This document shows, piece after piece, positions 22,648 to 33,360 of a DNA stretch of 64,000 nt (positions within the stretch are counted from its first letter, which is position 1; each line of letters begins with the position of its first letter). The stretch covers positions 544,001 to 608,000 of the forward strand of contig CAWJWJ010000002.1 of assembly GCA_963846575.1 (NCBI GenBank), given 5' to 3'. The notes under the pieces were generated by a model, which saw only the letters and a list, made by a program, of their open reading frames with translations, was not told the origin of the DNA and made no database searches. Position numbers and translations under genes: made by a program. The DNA is from an uncultured Nitrospiraceae bacterium. Lineage in GTDB: Bacteria > Nitrospirota > Nitrospiria > Nitrospirales > Nitrospiraceae.

Positions 22648-23853
22648 ATGGCGAAGGCGAAATTTGAGCGACGAAAGCCCCACGTGAACATCGGGACGAT
22701 CGGGCACGTGGACCATGGAAAGACGACGCTGACGAGTGCCCTGACCAAGATCTGCTCGGAGCGGGGCATGGCGAAGTTCATCAGCTACGACGAAGTGGCG
22801 AAGGCGAGCGAGAGTCAGGGGCGGCGGGATGCCAGCAAGATCATGACCATCGCGATCAGCCATGTGGAATATGAGACCGACAACCGGCACTACGCGCACG
22901 TCGATTGCCCGGGCCACGCCGACTATGTGAAGAACATGATCACGGGCGCCGCGCAGATGGACGGAGCGATTTTGGTGGTGAGTGCGGCGGATGGGCCGAT
23001 GCCGCAAACGCGAGAGCACATTTTGTTGGCGCGCCAAGTCGGCGTCCCCTACATTGTCGTGTTTCTCAACAAGGCGGACAAGGTCGACGACAAGGAATTG
23101 CTGGAGTTGGTCGAGTTGGAAGTGCGGGAGCTGCTGACCAAGTATGAATTTCCGGGCGACAAGATTCCCATCATTCAGGGCTCGGCCTTGAAGGCGATCG
23201 AGGGGGATCAGGGGCCGTTGGGTGTGCCGTCCATTCTGAAGTTGTTGGAGGCGGTGGACACCTATATTCCGACCCCGACGCGGGCGATTGACAAGCCGTT
23301 CTTGATGCCGATTGAAGATGTGTTCACGATCAGCGGGCGCGGGACGGTGGTGACGGGGCGCTGTGAGAAGGGCATCGTGAAGGTGGGCGACGAGATCGAG
23401 ATCGTGGGGTTGAAGCCGACGCAGACGACCATCGTGACCGGGGTGGAAATGTTCCGCAAGGTGCTCGATGAGGGGCAGGCGGGGGATAACATCGGGGTGT
23501 TGCTGCGCGGGACGAAGAAGGAAGATGTGGAGCGCGGGATGGTGTTGGCGAAGCCCAAGAGCATTACGCCGCACACGAAGTTCAAGGCGGAGATTTATGT
23601 GTTGACGAAGGAAGAGGGCGGGCGGCATACGCCGTTTTTTAACGGGTACCGGCCGCAGTTCTACTTCCGGACGACGGACGTGACGGGCATCGTGACGCTG
23701 ACGCCGGGGGTGGAGATGGTGATGCCCGGAGACAATGTGACGGTGACGGGCGAGTTGATCAGCCCCATCGCCATGGATCAGGGGCTCCGGTTTGCGGTGC
23801 GCGAGGGTGGTAAAACCGTCGGCTCGGGCGTCGTCACTGAAATTCTAGCGTAG
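22648..23853 (+). CDS. tuf: Elongation factor Tu (copy 2)
   Basis: Same protein as 6331..7536; follows fusA; ATG at 22648. Confidence 0.99.
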   Translation: MAKAKFERRKPHVNIGTIGHVDHGKTTLTSALTKICSERGMAKFISYDEVAKASESQGRRDASKIMTIAISHVEYETDNRHYAHVDCPGHADYVKNMITGAAQMDGAILVVSAADGPMPQTREHILLARQVGVPYIVVFLNKADKVDDKELLELVELEVRELLTKYEFPGDKIPIIQGSALKAIEGDQGPLGVPSILKLLEAVDTYIPTPTRAIDKPFLMPIEDVFTISGRGTVVTGRCEKGIVKVGDEIEIVGLKPTQTTIVTGVEMFRKVLDEGQAGDNIGVLLRGTKKEDVERGMVLAKPKSITPHTKFKAEIYVLTKEEGGRHTPFFNGYRPQFYFRTTDVTGIVTLTPGVEMVMPGDNVTVTGELISPIAMDQGLRFAVREGGKTVGSGVVTEILA

Positions 23854-23893
23854 CGATGTCGCGGTCAATAGACCGGTATGTGAGGAGTTGAGC

Positions 23894-24205
23894 GTGAAAG
23901 TCGATCAAAGAATTCGTATCAGGTTGCGCGGGTTTGATTATCGCGTGCTTGATCAATCGGTGGTGGAAATTGTTGAGACTGTGCGGCGCAGTGGGGCGCG
24001 AGTTGTGGGCCCGATTCCATTGCCGACAAGAATCGAGAAGTTTACGGTGCAACGGTCGACTCATGTAGACAAGAAGTCGCGCGAGCAATTTGAGATCCGC
24101 ACGCACAAACGGTTGCTCGATATCATGGAGCCGACTCCAGAAACGATGGATTCATTGATGAAGTTGAATCTGGCTGCCGGTGTAGATGTGGAGATCAAGC
24201 TCTGA
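23894..24205 (+). CDS. rpsJ: 30S ribosomal protein S10
   Basis: [34 protein letters not shown]. Start is GTG 23894 or TTG 23888. Confidence 0.98.
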   Translation: MKVDQRIRIRLRGFDYRVLDQSVVEIVETVRRSGARVVGPIPLPTRIEKFTVQRSTHVDKKSREQFEIRTHKRLLDIMEPTPETMDSLMKLNLAAGVDVEIKL

Positions 24206-24247
24206 CGGTTGGCTTGGCCAACCGTATCCTGAGCTGACAGGAAGACG

Positions 24248-24868
24248 ATGACAAACGGATTGTTGGGAAAAAAATTGGGAATGACCCAGATGTACGACGA
24301 GAGCGTCCTGGAGCCGGTCACGGTGATTGAGGCTGGTCCCTGTCGGGTCGTTGCCATTAAGACGAAAGAGCGGGATGGATATGAAGCGGTTCAGCTGTCC
24401 TTTGGTGAAGTTAAGGATCGTAAGCTTTCCCGCGGTGAGCTTGGCCACCTGAAGAAGCAGCAGTCTCCAGCCAGTCGATGGCTCAGGGAATTCCCGAAAG
24501 TCGGGGATGGCGCTATTGGAGAAACGATCAAGGTCGATATCTTCAAAAAGGGCGACTGGGTTGACGTGGTTGGGGTGTCCAAGGGTAAGGGCTTCCAGGG
24601 CGTCATGAAGCGTCATAACTACTCTGGCGGACCGGAGTCCCACGGCTCCATGTTCCATCGGGCGCCTGGCTCCATCGGCGCCAGTTCGTATCCTTCGCGG
24701 GTGTGGAAGAATAAGGCCTTGCCTGGTCACATGGGGGACGAGCGGGTGACCGTGCAGCGTTTGAAAGTCATCGATGCTCGTCCTGAGGAAAACCTGTTGT
24801 TTGTCCGCGGAGCAGTGCCTGGTGGTCAGAATGGCCTGCTAATCGTGCGGAAGTCGAAGAAGAGCTGA
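24248..24868 (+). CDS. rplC: 50S ribosomal protein L3
   Basis: GLLGKKLGMTQ, SKGKGFQGVMKRH. Confidence 0.98.
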   Translation: MTNGLLGKKLGMTQMYDESVLEPVTVIEAGPCRVVAIKTKERDGYEAVQLSFGEVKDRKLSRGELGHLKKQQSPASRWLREFPKVGDGAIGETIKVDIFKKGDWVDVVGVSKGKGFQGVMKRHNYSGGPESHGSMFHRAPGSIGASSYPSRVWKNKALPGHMGDERVTVQRLKVIDARPEENLLFVRGAVPGGQNGLLIVRKSKKS

Positions 24869-24870
24869 TT

Positions 24871-25494
24871 ATGCCGACAGTTGACGTGATTGATTCCAAA
24901 AAGAAGAAAATCGGTACGGTCGATTTGCCTAATGACGTATTCGGCTGTGAGCCTCACGAGAGCCTCGTCCATGAGGTGGTCGTAATGCAGCGTGCCTGTG
25001 ACCGTCAGGGTACCGCGTCGACCTTGCGTCGAGGTGAAGTGAGTGGATCCGGGAAAAAACCCTGGAAGCAAAAGCATACGGGTCGGGCGCGTTCTGGCTC
25101 TATCCGCTCGCCTGTATGGCGGCATGGAGGGACCGTGTTCGGTCCTAAGCCCAGGAGTTACGCATTCGGAATGCCGAGGAAGAAGTATCGGGCGGCACTC
25201 CAGAGCGCCCTCTCCGCAAAGGTGCTTGAGGGGAATGTCCTGGTGGTATCAGATTTGGCAATCGAGCAGGCGAAGACTAAATTGCTGGCGAAGGCTTTGA
25301 CGCAACTGGGAATCTCAGGGAGTGCGATTCTCGTGATTGGCGATGAAAGTTCTAATGTTGCTCAAGCGGCAAAGAATCTTTCGGAAGTTATGGTATTGCG
25401 GCCGGAAGAGTTGAACGTATACGACATTGTCCGTTGCCAATCTATCATTATCCCTCAGCGTGAGCTGGACCGTGTCCGGGAGGTGTGGTCATGA
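24871..25494 (+). CDS. rplD: 50S ribosomal protein L4
   Basis: RGEVSGSGKKPWKQKHTGRAR, GGTVFGPKPR. Confidence 0.98.
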   Translation: MPTVDVIDSKKKKIGTVDLPNDVFGCEPHESLVHEVVVMQRACDRQGTASTLRRGEVSGSGKKPWKQKHTGRARSGSIRSPVWRHGGTVFGPKPRSYAFGMPRKKYRAALQSALSAKVLEGNVLVVSDLAIEQAKTKLLAKALTQLGISGSAILVIGDESSNVAQAAKNLSEVMVLRPEELNVYDIVRCQSIIIPQRELDRVREVWS

Positions 25495-25784
25495 AGGGCG
25501 ACCTCCATCAGGTCCTCATCCAGCCGTTATTGACTGAAAAGCTTACGGCGCTGCGTGAGCAGACCAACACTGTCGGCTTCCTTGTTCATCCGGATGCCAA
25601 CAAGATCCAGATCAAGCAGGCGGTAGAGACCCTTCTGAAAGTAAAGGTTTCGCGCGTCAATGTCGTGAATATCCGTGGAAAGATGAAGCGGTTGGGGCGA
25701 TTTGTCGGTAAGCGTTCAGATTGGAAGAAGGCGTTCGTCACCCTGAAAGAAGGCGAGAAGCTGGAGCTGTACGAAGGCGTGTAG
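25491..25784 (+). CDS. rplW: 50S ribosomal protein L23
   Basis: PLLTEK, ANKIQIKQAVE, WKKAFVTL. Confidence 0.97.
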   Translation: MKGDLHQVLIQPLLTEKLTALREQTNTVGFLVHPDANKIQIKQAVETLLKVKVSRVNVVNIRGKMKRLGRFVGKRSDWKKAFVTLKEGEKLELYEGV

Positions 25785-25817
25785 CGTGCGGTCATCTCGA
25801 TAGAGTGAGAATCTCCT

Positions 25818-26645
25818 ATGGCACTAAAGGTATATAAGCCGACCTCTCCAGGGCGGCGTGGCATGACTGCGATACAGGGCGAGTTGCTCACCAAGAAGAA
25901 GCCTGAAAAGGCGTTGACGGGGTTTCATCTCCGTACGGGCGGCCGAAACAATGATGGTCGTCAAACGATACGTTTTCGCGGGGGTGGCCATAAGCGTCTG
26001 TATCGACAGATTGATTTCCGTCGAGACAAAGTCGATGTGCCAGCTAAAGTTGCGGCGATAGAATATGATCCTAATCGTTCATCGCGAATCGCCTTGCTGC
26101 ACTATAAGGATGGGGAGAAGCGTTATATCCTGGCTCCAGTTGGCCTTTCTATCGGCGATGAGATTCAGGCTGGCGCTGGTGCTGAGGTTCGGCCGGGCAA
26201 TGCGCTTCCATTGCTTAACATTCCTCTCGGAACCACTATCCACAATATTGAATTGAAGCCCGGCAAGGGCGGTCAGCTCATTCGCAGTGCAGGTGGGTCT
26301 GCCCAGGTCATGGGCCGCGACGGGGCATATGTCCAGATTCGTCTCAAGTCTGGTGAAATGCGGAAAGTGTTGTCGACCTGCATGGCCACCGTGGGGCAGG
26401 TTGGTAACGTCGACCATGAGAATGTTGTTGTGGGGAAGGCCGGGCGCACGCGATGGAAGGGCAAGCGTCCTCATGTTCGTGGTGTGGTTATGAATCCGGT
26501 CGATCACCCGCACGGTGGCGGTGAAGGTAAGTCCGGGCAGGGTAACCCGCATCCAGTTTCTCCTTGGGGTACTCCGGCTAAGGGATATAAAACCCGCAAG
26601 AACAAAGCGACCGACAAGTTCATCATCGCGCGCAGAAAGAAGTAG
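25818..26645 (+). CDS. rplB: 50S ribosomal protein L2
   Basis: [29 protein letters not shown]. Confidence 0.99.
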   Translation: MALKVYKPTSPGRRGMTAIQGELLTKKKPEKALTGFHLRTGGRNNDGRQTIRFRGGGHKRLYRQIDFRRDKVDVPAKVAAIEYDPNRSSRIALLHYKDGEKRYILAPVGLSIGDEIQAGAGAEVRPGNALPLLNIPLGTTIHNIELKPGKGGQLIRSAGGSAQVMGRDGAYVQIRLKSGEMRKVLSTCMATVGQVGNVDHENVVVGKAGRTRWKGKRPHVRGVVMNPVDHPHGGGEGKSGQGNPHPVSPWGTPAKGYKTRKNKATDKFIIARRKK

Positions 26646-26655
26646 GAGAGGACCT

Positions 26656-26943
26656 ATGCCTCGTTCAGTTACGAAGGGCCCGTTTGTCGACGATCATCTG
26701 ATGAAAAAAGTAGAGCAGATGAATCAGACGAAAGACCGGAAACTTATTAAGACCTGGTCGAGGCGATCGACTGTGGTTCCGGATATGATCGGGCATACCT
26801 TTGCGGTGCACAATGGGAAAAAATTCATTCCCGTGTTTGTCACGGAAAATATGGTCGGCCATAAGCTTGGAGAATTTGCTCCAACGCGCTTCTTCAAGGG
26901 GCATGGGCAGGCAAAGACTGAAAAGGCAGTGGCGCTAAAGTAA
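26656..26943 (+). CDS. rpsS: 30S ribosomal protein S19
   Basis: [28 protein letters not shown]. Confidence 0.98.
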   Translation: MPRSVTKGPFVDDHLMKKVEQMNQTKDRKLIKTWSRRSTVVPDMIGHTFAVHNGKKFIPVFVTENMVGHKLGEFAPTRFFKGHGQAKTEKAVALK

Positions 26944-26986
26944 TCGCTGGCTTGTTGAGGGCCGGCAGGTTTGGGTGGGGTCAGCT

Positions 26987-27328
26987 ATGGCAGAAGCAAA
27001 AGCAAAGTTACGGTTTGTACGTGTGACGCCTCGAAAGGCTCGCGTCGTAATTGACATGATTCGCGGTCAGCAGGTTCCGAAGGCACTTGCGATGCTTAGG
27101 CATACTCCGAAGCATGCCGCTCGGGTGATCGAAAAACTTCTGAGATCCGCAGTGGCGAATGCGGAGCAAAAGGAGTTGGGCGATACCGATGAAATGTGGG
27201 TCTCCGAAGCGGTTGTGAATTGTGGGCCAATCTATAAGCGGTTTCGCGCAAGATCAATGGGTCGGGCGAACTCAATTCAGAAACGCACGAGTCATATTAC
27301 GATTGCGGTTGCCGCTCCTGGGGCGTGA
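26987..27328 (+). CDS. rplV: 50S ribosomal protein L22
   Basis: VRVTPRKARVVID, SAVANAE, KRTSHIT. Confidence 0.97.
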   Translation: MAEAKAKLRFVRVTPRKARVVIDMIRGQQVPKALAMLRHTPKHAARVIEKLLRSAVANAEQKELGDTDEMWVSEAVVNCGPIYKRFRARSMGRANSIQKRTSHITIAVAAPGA

Positions 27329-27372
27329 CCGGATAGTTAGCGGTATTACACTTAGACTGAGGTTGATTTTCA

Positions 27373-28041
27373 ATGGGTCAGAAGACACATCCAATTGGTT
27401 ACCGCATCGGCTATAACTACACTTGGAGCTCCCGGTGGTACGCAGATAAGGACTATGCCAGGCTGCTCCATCAGGACATCAAAATTCGCAAGATGGTCAA
27501 GGCCAAGCTATATCATGCTGGAGTGGCCAAGGTGGAGATCGAGCGATCCGGCGATCAAACAAGAGTCATTATTCACACCGCTCGACCTGGTATCATCATC
27601 GGTCGTAAGGGTGCCGAAGTCGACAAGCTCAAGGCTGCGCTAGAGAAGGAATATTCCGGGCAGGCTTATATCACTGTGAAGGAAATAAAGAAGCCTGAAT
27701 TGGATGCGCAGTTGGTCAGTGAAAATGTTGCGACTCAGTTGGAGAAGCGGGTGGCTTTTCGCCGCGCGATGAAACGCAGCGTGCAGTCGGCGCTCCGTTT
27801 GGGCGCGCAAGGGATCAAGATCATGGTTGCTGGACGTTTGGGTGGCGCGGAAATCGCCAGGACCGAATGGTATCGCGAGGGACGAGTGCCGCTTCACACG
27901 CTCCGAGCCGAGGTGGATTACGGTTTTGCTGAGGCGCACACCACAATGGGCCAAATTGGAGTGAAGACGTGGATCTATAAGGGTGAGCTGCTGCCTGCCC
28001 TCCAGTTAAAACCTGACTCGGCGTTGGGCCGACTTGGATAG
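27373..28041 (+). CDS. rpsC: 30S ribosomal protein S3
   Basis: [31 protein letters not shown]. Confidence 0.99.
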   Translation: MGQKTHPIGYRIGYNYTWSSRWYADKDYARLLHQDIKIRKMVKAKLYHAGVAKVEIERSGDQTRVIIHTARPGIIIGRKGAEVDKLKAALEKEYSGQAYITVKEIKKPELDAQLVSENVATQLEKRVAFRRAMKRSVQSALRLGAQGIKIMVAGRLGGAEIARTEWYREGRVPLHTLRAEVDYGFAEAHTTMGQIGVKTWIYKGELLPALQLKPDSALGRLG

Positions 28042-28069
28042 AGAACCTCGATAAGGAAAAGGTGGGTTT

Positions 28070-28492
28070 GTGTTAGCGCCAAAGAAAGTTAAGTTCAGAA
28101 AAATGCAGAAGGGTCGGATGCGTGGGAAGGCCTACCGTGGCGGCGCAATTACGCTCGGAGAGTTCGGCCTGAAGGCACTTGAGCCTGGCTGGGTCACCAG
28201 CCGTCAAATTGAGGCTGCCCGTATCGCTATCACGCGTTTCGTCAAGCGCGGTGGGCAAGTGTGGACGAGAATATTTCCTGATAAACCCATCACTAAGAAG
28301 CCTGCTGAGACACGCATGGGTAAAGGTAAGGGGAACCCGGAGTATTGGGTGGCCGTCGTTAAGCCTGGGCGAATCATGTATGAAATGGGTGGAGTGGCTC
28401 CAGATGTAGCGAAACAAGCCTTGAAACTGGCTGCCTACAAGCTCCCCATTGCGACAAAGTTTGTGGTGCGTGGCGAATTCAGTAACCTGTAG
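28070..28492 (+). CDS. rplP: 50S ribosomal protein L16
   Basis: [22 protein letters not shown]. Confidence 0.98.
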   Translation: MLAPKKVKFRKMQKGRMRGKAYRGGAITLGEFGLKALEPGWVTSRQIEAARIAITRFVKRGGQVWTRIFPDKPITKKPAETRMGKGKGNPEYWVAVVKPGRIMYEMGGVAPDVAKQALKLAAYKLPIATKFVVRGEFSNL

Positions 28493-28513
28493 CACGTGTT
28501 GAGTGGTGATGTG

Positions 28514-28735
28514 ATGGATGTGAAAGACCTGAGTGGGCTTACGATCATCGAATTGTCCGACAAGGAAAAGCAATTGCGGCAGGAGCTGTTCAATTTTCGT
28601 TTTCAGCTTGGTACCGGGCGACTGGAGAATCCCATGCAAGTTCGCGGCACCAAGCGCGACATCGCTCGGGTCAAGACTGTGAGGCGTCAATTGGAATTGT
28701 TGCAGACACAACCCGCCAACACCGGTGGGAAGTAA
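28514..28735 (+). CDS. rpmC: 50S ribosomal protein L29
   Basis: ELFNFRFQ...LENP...KRDIARVKT; expected position. Confidence 0.95.
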   Translation: MDVKDLSGLTIIELSDKEKQLRQELFNFRFQLGTGRLENPMQVRGTKRDIARVKTVRRQLELLQTQPANTGGK

Positions 28736-28749
28736 GAGAGAAGAGGCGT

Positions 28750-29019
28750 ATGAAGGAAGGTCAACAGCACCGGCGCGAGTGGTACGGTAACGTCGTCAGC
28801 AACAAGATGAATAAGACGGTGGTTGTCGCTGTCGAACGATCGGTCATTCACCCGGTCTACAAAAAAGTTCTCCGGCGAGTGACGACACTTAAGGCCCACG
28901 ACGAGGGGAACGTGTGTAAGGTGGGAGACCGGGTTCAGTTGACTGAAACCCGTCCTATCAGTAAAGACAAGCATTGGCGCGTGGTGCGCGTCATGGTCAA
29001 GGGGCAGCCTGAAAAGTAA
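28750..29019 (+). CDS. rpsQ: 30S ribosomal protein S17
   Basis: [21 protein letters not shown]. Confidence 0.97.
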   Translation: MKEGQQHRREWYGNVVSNKMNKTVVVAVERSVIHPVYKKVLRRVTTLKAHDEGNVCKVGDRVQLTETRPISKDKHWRVVRVMVKGQPEK

Positions 29020-29083
29020 CTCCGGATTACACTTGAAAAGCCAAGGGACTCTTCCTGTTTGGCATGGTGAGTAGGGCAGGGGC

Positions 29084-29452
29084 ATGATTCAGAATTACAC
29101 ATACATGGATGTAGCCGATAATTCCGGCGCGAAGCAGGTCATGTGTTTCCATGTGCTTGGTGGAACACGGCGACGATATGGATCTCTTGGCGACATCGTC
29201 GTTGTCGCAGTGAAGGAAGCCATTCCTCAGGCTGGTGTGAAGAAGGGCGACGTGAGCCGCGCGGTGATTGTGCGTACGACGAAGGAAGTCCGGAGAGATG
29301 ACGGCTCCTACATCAAGTTTGATCGTAACGCCTGTGTGTTGATCAATGCTCAGGGCGAGCCAGTCGGCACTCGTATTTTTGGACCCGTCGCACGCGAGCT
29401 GCGTTGGAAAAAGTTCATGAAGATCATCTCGCTTGCGCCGGAAGTCTTGTAG
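29084..29452 (+). CDS. rplN: 50S ribosomal protein L14
   Basis: [28 protein letters not shown]. Confidence 0.99.
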   Translation: MIQNYTYMDVADNSGAKQVMCFHVLGGTRRRYGSLGDIVVVAVKEAIPQAGVKKGDVSRAVIVRTTKEVRRDDGSYIKFDRNACVLINAQGEPVGTRIFGPVARELRWKKFMKIISLAPEVL

Positions 29453-29478
29453 GTGGAGAAAGAAAGGCTCTAGTAGGG

Positions 29479-29805
29479 ATGGCACGAATAAAAACGAAAA
29501 TTCGCAAGGGCGATACCGTTGTAGTGGTCACCGGTCGGGAGCGTGGCAAGTCCGGTAAGGTCTTGTCGGTTGACACAGTGAACGCCAAGATCGTCGTGGA
29601 AAAGCTCAATATGCTCAAACGCCATACGAAACCGAATCAAAAGCTTCGGCAGGGCGGCATTCTTGAGCGAGAGGCACCGCTGGCCATCTCAAATGTCATG
29701 TTTTTATGTCCAGTAACAAAGAAGCCTACTCGGTTGGGTATCAGACGCAAAGACGATGGCGGACGCGCCAGACTGAGTAAGAAGTCAAAAGAAATCGTTG
29801 AATAG
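29479..29805 (+). CDS. rplX: 50S ribosomal protein L24
   Basis: [22 protein letters not shown]. Confidence 0.97.
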   Translation: MARIKTKIRKGDTVVVVTGRERGKSGKVLSVDTVNAKIVVEKLNMLKRHTKPNQKLRQGGILEREAPLAISNVMFLCPVTKKPTRLGIRRKDDGGRARLSKKSKEIVE

Positions 29806-29825
29806 TCGGAACAGGAAACACGTTC

Positions 29826-30479
29826 ATGGCAAAAGTAGAGAAGGGTAAGGGCGGCAAAGGGGCTAGTCCTCGGTCGTCAGCAAAAAAAGAAGCCGCCGCG
29901 CCTGAGGTGTCCCAGGATTCCGGGACTGAGCATCAGTTCGCACCGCGACTTCGGGAAACGTATCGCGATCAAGTTGTGCCGGCTCTCATGAAAGAGTTCG
30001 GATACGGCAACCTGATGCAGGTGCCGAGGTTGGAGCGCATCGTCCTTAATGTGGGCATGGGCGAGGCCATTCAGAATGTCAAATTGCTGGAGAGTGCCTC
30101 TACGGAATTAGGCATTATCACCGGACAAAAGCCGATTACCACCAGGGCCAAGAAAGCGATCGCAGGTTTCAAGTTACGCCAAGGTATGCCGATTGGGGCG
30201 AAGGTGACCTTGCGGAGTCGACGGATGTGGGAGTTTCTCGATCGTCTGATCTCGCTCGCGCTTCCCCGGATTCGTGATTTTCGTGGTGTGTCACCAAAAG
30301 CCTTCGATGGTCGCGGCAATTATACGCTGGGATTGAAAGAGCAATTGATCTTCCCTGAAATCGAATATGACACTGTGGCTTCCATTCACGGAATGGATAT
30401 CACTATCGTCACCACCGCCAGGACGAATGATGAAGGTAAGGCCCTTCTCAAACATTTGGGCATGCCTTTCCGGGCCTAA
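29826..30479 (+). CDS. rplE: 50S ribosomal protein L5 with N-terminal extension
   Basis: [32 protein letters not shown]. Confidence 0.98.
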   Translation: MAKVEKGKGGKGASPRSSAKKEAAAPEVSQDSGTEHQFAPRLRETYRDQVVPALMKEFGYGNLMQVPRLERIVLNVGMGEAIQNVKLLESASTELGIITGQKPITTRAKKAIAGFKLRQGMPIGAKVTLRSRRMWEFLDRLISLALPRIRDFRGVSPKAFDGRGNYTLGLKEQLIFPEIEYDTVASIHGMDITIVTTARTNDEGKALLKHLGMPFRA

Positions 30480-30522
30480 TGAGAGCTCATAGTTTATGCC
30501 ATGATTTAGTGAGGGGGATTGC

Positions 30523-30708
30523 GTGTCAAGATTAGCGCTTAGAAACAAAGCTGCCGCCAAGCCCAAGTTTGCCACTCGCGAGTACCATCGCTGTGCACTG
30601 TGTGGTCGTGTTCGTGGTTTCTTGCGTCGCTTTCGAATGTGCCGAATCTGCTTCCGATTCCTCAGCCTAAAGGGTGAAATTCCAGGAGTCAGGAAGTCAA
30701 GTTGGTAA
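30523..30708 (+). CDS. rpsN: 30S ribosomal protein S14, type Z (Zn-binding)
   Basis: RCALCGR...MCRICFR...PGVRKSSW. Confidence 0.97.
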   Translation: MSRLALRNKAAAKPKFATREYHRCALCGRVRGFLRRFRMCRICFRFLSLKGEIPGVRKSSW

Positions 30709-30754
30709 AGGTCGAGGTGGCAGGCTTGCCTGTGCAGGCACAGAAGAGGATTGC

Positions 30755-31150
30755 ATGATTACTGATCCAATTGCTGATTTGTTGGTGAGATTGGGGAACG
30801 CTGCCAGTCGCCGTCAGGATGTTGTAAAAGTGCCGGTGTCCAAGGTCAAACGCCAGATTCTTAACATTCTTGGAAAAGAAGGATTCATCCAGGGGTTTGG
30901 CGAGATGGAGGTGGACGGGCATCCTTTTTTCTCGGTCCAGCTTCGTTATGTTGAGGAATCCAGGCCGATGATCACGGGTATGCGCCGGATCAGCAAGCCT
31001 GGGCGCCGAGTGTACGTAGGCAGAGATGATGTGCCGAAGGTTCGAAACGGCATTGGTGTGGCCGTGATTTCCACCTCGAAAGGTCTCATGACCGACAGTG
31101 AATCCAGGCGCTCTGGTTTAGGTGGTGAGGTGCTTTGTTCCGTCTGGTAG
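30755..31150 (+). CDS. rpsH: 30S ribosomal protein S8
   Basis: TDPIADLL, RISKPGRRVY, STSKGLMT, GGEVLC. Confidence 0.98.
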   Translation: MITDPIADLLVRLGNAASRRQDVVKVPVSKVKRQILNILGKEGFIQGFGEMEVDGHPFFSVQLRYVEESRPMITGMRRISKPGRRVYVGRDDVPKVRNGIGVAVISTSKGLMTDSESRRSGLGGEVLCSVW

Positions 31151-31207
31151 GATCGTCGGCTAAAGACGCAGTACTAATTAGAATCGCAGCAACGTAACGG
31201 GGTTCGC

Positions 31208-31744
31208 ATGTCGCGGATAGGACGAAAACCAATTCCAGTTCCAACGGGAGTCGACATTAAAGTCGCCGGTCAGCTTGTATCGGTCAAGGGGCCAATGGGT
31301 AAGCTTGATTGGAAACTAACTGAGGGCGTAAGCGTGGGGATGGCTGATGGGCAGCTTGTGGTAACCCGAGCCGGCGATGCTCGGCAGCTCAGGGCCATGC
31401 ACGGGTTAGTGCGTGCTGAACTCAGCAATATGATTCAGGGTGTGACCAAGGGCTATGAGAAAGCTATGGAAATAACTGGGGTTGGTTATAAAGCCCAACT
31501 TCAGGGAAGAGAAATGAGCTTTAACGTCGGCTATATCAATCCTGTGAACTACACGGTTCCTCAGGGCATCGATGTGAAGGTCGACAAGCAGACGCTGATT
31601 TCAATCCGTGGTGTGGACAAACGACTCGTAGGTCAAGTTGCGGCGAACATTCGCTCGATCAAGCCCCCTGACGTCTATAAGCAAAAAGGAATTCGATACG
31701 CCGGTGAAGTCTTGCGGAAGAAGGCAGGCAAGACCGGGAAGTAG
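31208..31744 (+). CDS. rplF: 50S ribosomal protein L6
   Basis: MSRIGRKPI, GVGYKA, PDVYKQKGIRY. Confidence 0.98.
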   Translation: MSRIGRKPIPVPTGVDIKVAGQLVSVKGPMGKLDWKLTEGVSVGMADGQLVVTRAGDARQLRAMHGLVRAELSNMIQGVTKGYEKAMEITGVGYKAQLQGREMSFNVGYINPVNYTVPQGIDVKVDKQTLISIRGVDKRLVGQVAANIRSIKPPDVYKQKGIRYAGEVLRKKAGKTGK

Positions 31745-31753
31745 AGGCCTCTC

Positions 31754-32119
31754 ATGAATACTCAAGAAAAAAATCAGAAACTGGAACGTCGTAAACGACG
31801 CGTGCGTAAATCGGTGATCGGCACGGATGACCGACCAAGATTGAACGTGTTTCGCAGCCGGTCCCACATTTATGCGCAAATTATTGACGACCTTCGTGGG
31901 CATACCGTTGCCGCGGCGTCCACCCTGGATGAGGCCTTGCGGAAATCCGTCAAGTCTTCCGGCAGCATCGAGGGGGCTAAGGCGGTTGGGAAACTGATTG
32001 CCGAGCGGGCGAAGGCAGCCAATGTATCAATGGTGGTGTTTGATCGCGGGGGGAGACAATATCACGGACGGGTCAAGGCTCTGGCCGAGGCGTCACGTGA
32101 AGGGGGTCTCCAGTTTTAA
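31754..32119 (+). CDS. rplR: 50S ribosomal protein L18
   Basis: [24 protein letters not shown]. Confidence 0.98.
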   Translation: MNTQEKNQKLERRKRRVRKSVIGTDDRPRLNVFRSRSHIYAQIIDDLRGHTVAAASTLDEALRKSVKSSGSIEGAKAVGKLIAERAKAANVSMVVFDRGGRQYHGRVKALAEASREGGLQF

Positions 32120-32201
32120 GTCACGCCCGTTCCGCGCCCGCGTGTCTGTTGCCTGCAGTAGGCAATAGGCCTAACCAGACGACTTAGAGGAGAATGACGT
32201 T

Positions 32202-32705
32202 GTGCGAGTCAATCCCGAAGAATTGAGTCTTAAGGACAAGGTGGTGTTCATCAACCGCGTCGCTAAGGTCGTAAAGGGCGGCAAACGGTTTAACTTTTGC
32301 GCTTTGGTCGTTGTGGGCGATGGGCAAGGATATGTCGGAATCGGGAAGGGGAAGGCTGCCGAGGTTCCCGTCGCGATTTCCAAGGCGGTCGAACAGGCCA
32401 AAAAACATCTGGTCCGAGTTCCCATCAAGGGGGGAACAATACCACACGAAGTACACGGACTGTTCGGTGCGGAGCATGTCCTGCTGAAACCCGCCGCAGA
32501 CGGGACGGGAATTATTGCCGGTGGTGCGGTCCGTGCGGTGGTGGAATTGGCTGGCGCGCATAACATCATTGCCAAAACGTTGGGCCGCGGTAATCCATTC
32601 AATACTGTCAGAGCTACTCTTAACGGGCTCCAGCAGCTACGCGATCCGCAGGAAGTCATGCGGCTGCGCAGAAGTCCTGGAGTCGAAGCGCAGGTACAGA
32701 TCTAA
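32202..32705 (+). CDS. rpsE: 30S ribosomal protein S5
   Basis: [27 protein letters not shown]. Confidence 0.98.
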   Translation: MRVNPEELSLKDKVVFINRVAKVVKGGKRFNFCALVVVGDGQGYVGIGKGKAAEVPVAISKAVEQAKKHLVRVPIKGGTIPHEVHGLFGAEHVLLKPAADGTGIIAGGAVRAVVELAGAHNIIAKTLGRGNPFNTVRATLNGLQQLRDPQEVMRLRRSPGVEAQVQI

Positions 32706-32914
32706 TGGCTACTGATAAAAAATCCAACGCTGGTGCATCGACTTTCAAGATTACGCTGAAGCGGAGTCCGATCGGGACTCCCTATAAACACAGATTGGTC
32801 CTCAGAGGATTAGGTCTTCGCAAAATGCATGCGACCGTGGTTCGGCCTGCGAGTGATCAAGTAAAAGGTATGATTGCCAAGGTTGGTTATTTACTGGAAG
32901 TGAGTCCGCAATGA
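32705..32914 (+). CDS. rpmD: 50S ribosomal protein L30
   Basis: [23 protein letters not shown]. Confidence 0.95.
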   Translation: MATDKKSNAGASTFKITLKRSPIGTPYKHRLVLRGLGLRKMHATVVRPASDQVKGMIAKVGYLLEVSPQ

Positions 32915-33360
32915 AGTTACATGATCTTGCTCCGTCTAAGGGAGCTAAACACAAGCGGAAACGAATCGGCCGTGGTCCTGGATCGGGTCACGGAAAAACT
33001 GCTACGAAGGGTCATAAAGGGCTTAAGGCCCGCTCTGGCGGTGGAAAGCGACCTGGCTTCGAGGGCGGTCAGATGCCCCTGGTTCGGAGAGTCCCGAAGT
33101 ATGGTTTCGTGAACCAGTTTCGTACCGAGTATACGATTGTGAATTTGAAGAGCCTGGTCGATCTGGAGACGACAGAAGCCATTACGCCCCAACTGTTGAT
33201 GAACGAAGGCCTTGTGCGACGAAAGGGACAGCTGATTAAGATCCTTGCCCAGGGAGAGGTCACGAGACCCCTAGTGGTCCAGGCTCACAAGTTCAGCAAG
33301 TCGGCTGAGGCGAAGATTCAGGCAGCTGGGGGGAGGGCTGAGGTTATTCGCAGTGTTTGA
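32911..33360 (+). CDS. rplO: 50S ribosomal protein L15
   Basis: [21 protein letters not shown]. Confidence 0.98.
   Translation: MKLHDLAPSKGAKHKRKRIGRGPGSGHGKTATKGHKGLKARSGGGKRPGFEGGQMPLVRRVPKYGFVNQFRTEYTIVNLKSLVDLETTEAITPQLLMNEGLVRRKGQLIKILAQGEVTRPLVVQAHKFSKSAEAKIQAAGGRAEVIRSV

Larger units (their letters stand above)
6331..23853 (+). repeat. 1206-bp direct repeat (tuf copies 6331..7536 and 22648..23853, offset 16317)
   Basis: Main-frame, alternative-frame and antisense ORF translations are identical between the copies. Flanks diverge just outside ATG and TAG. Confidence 0.9.
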
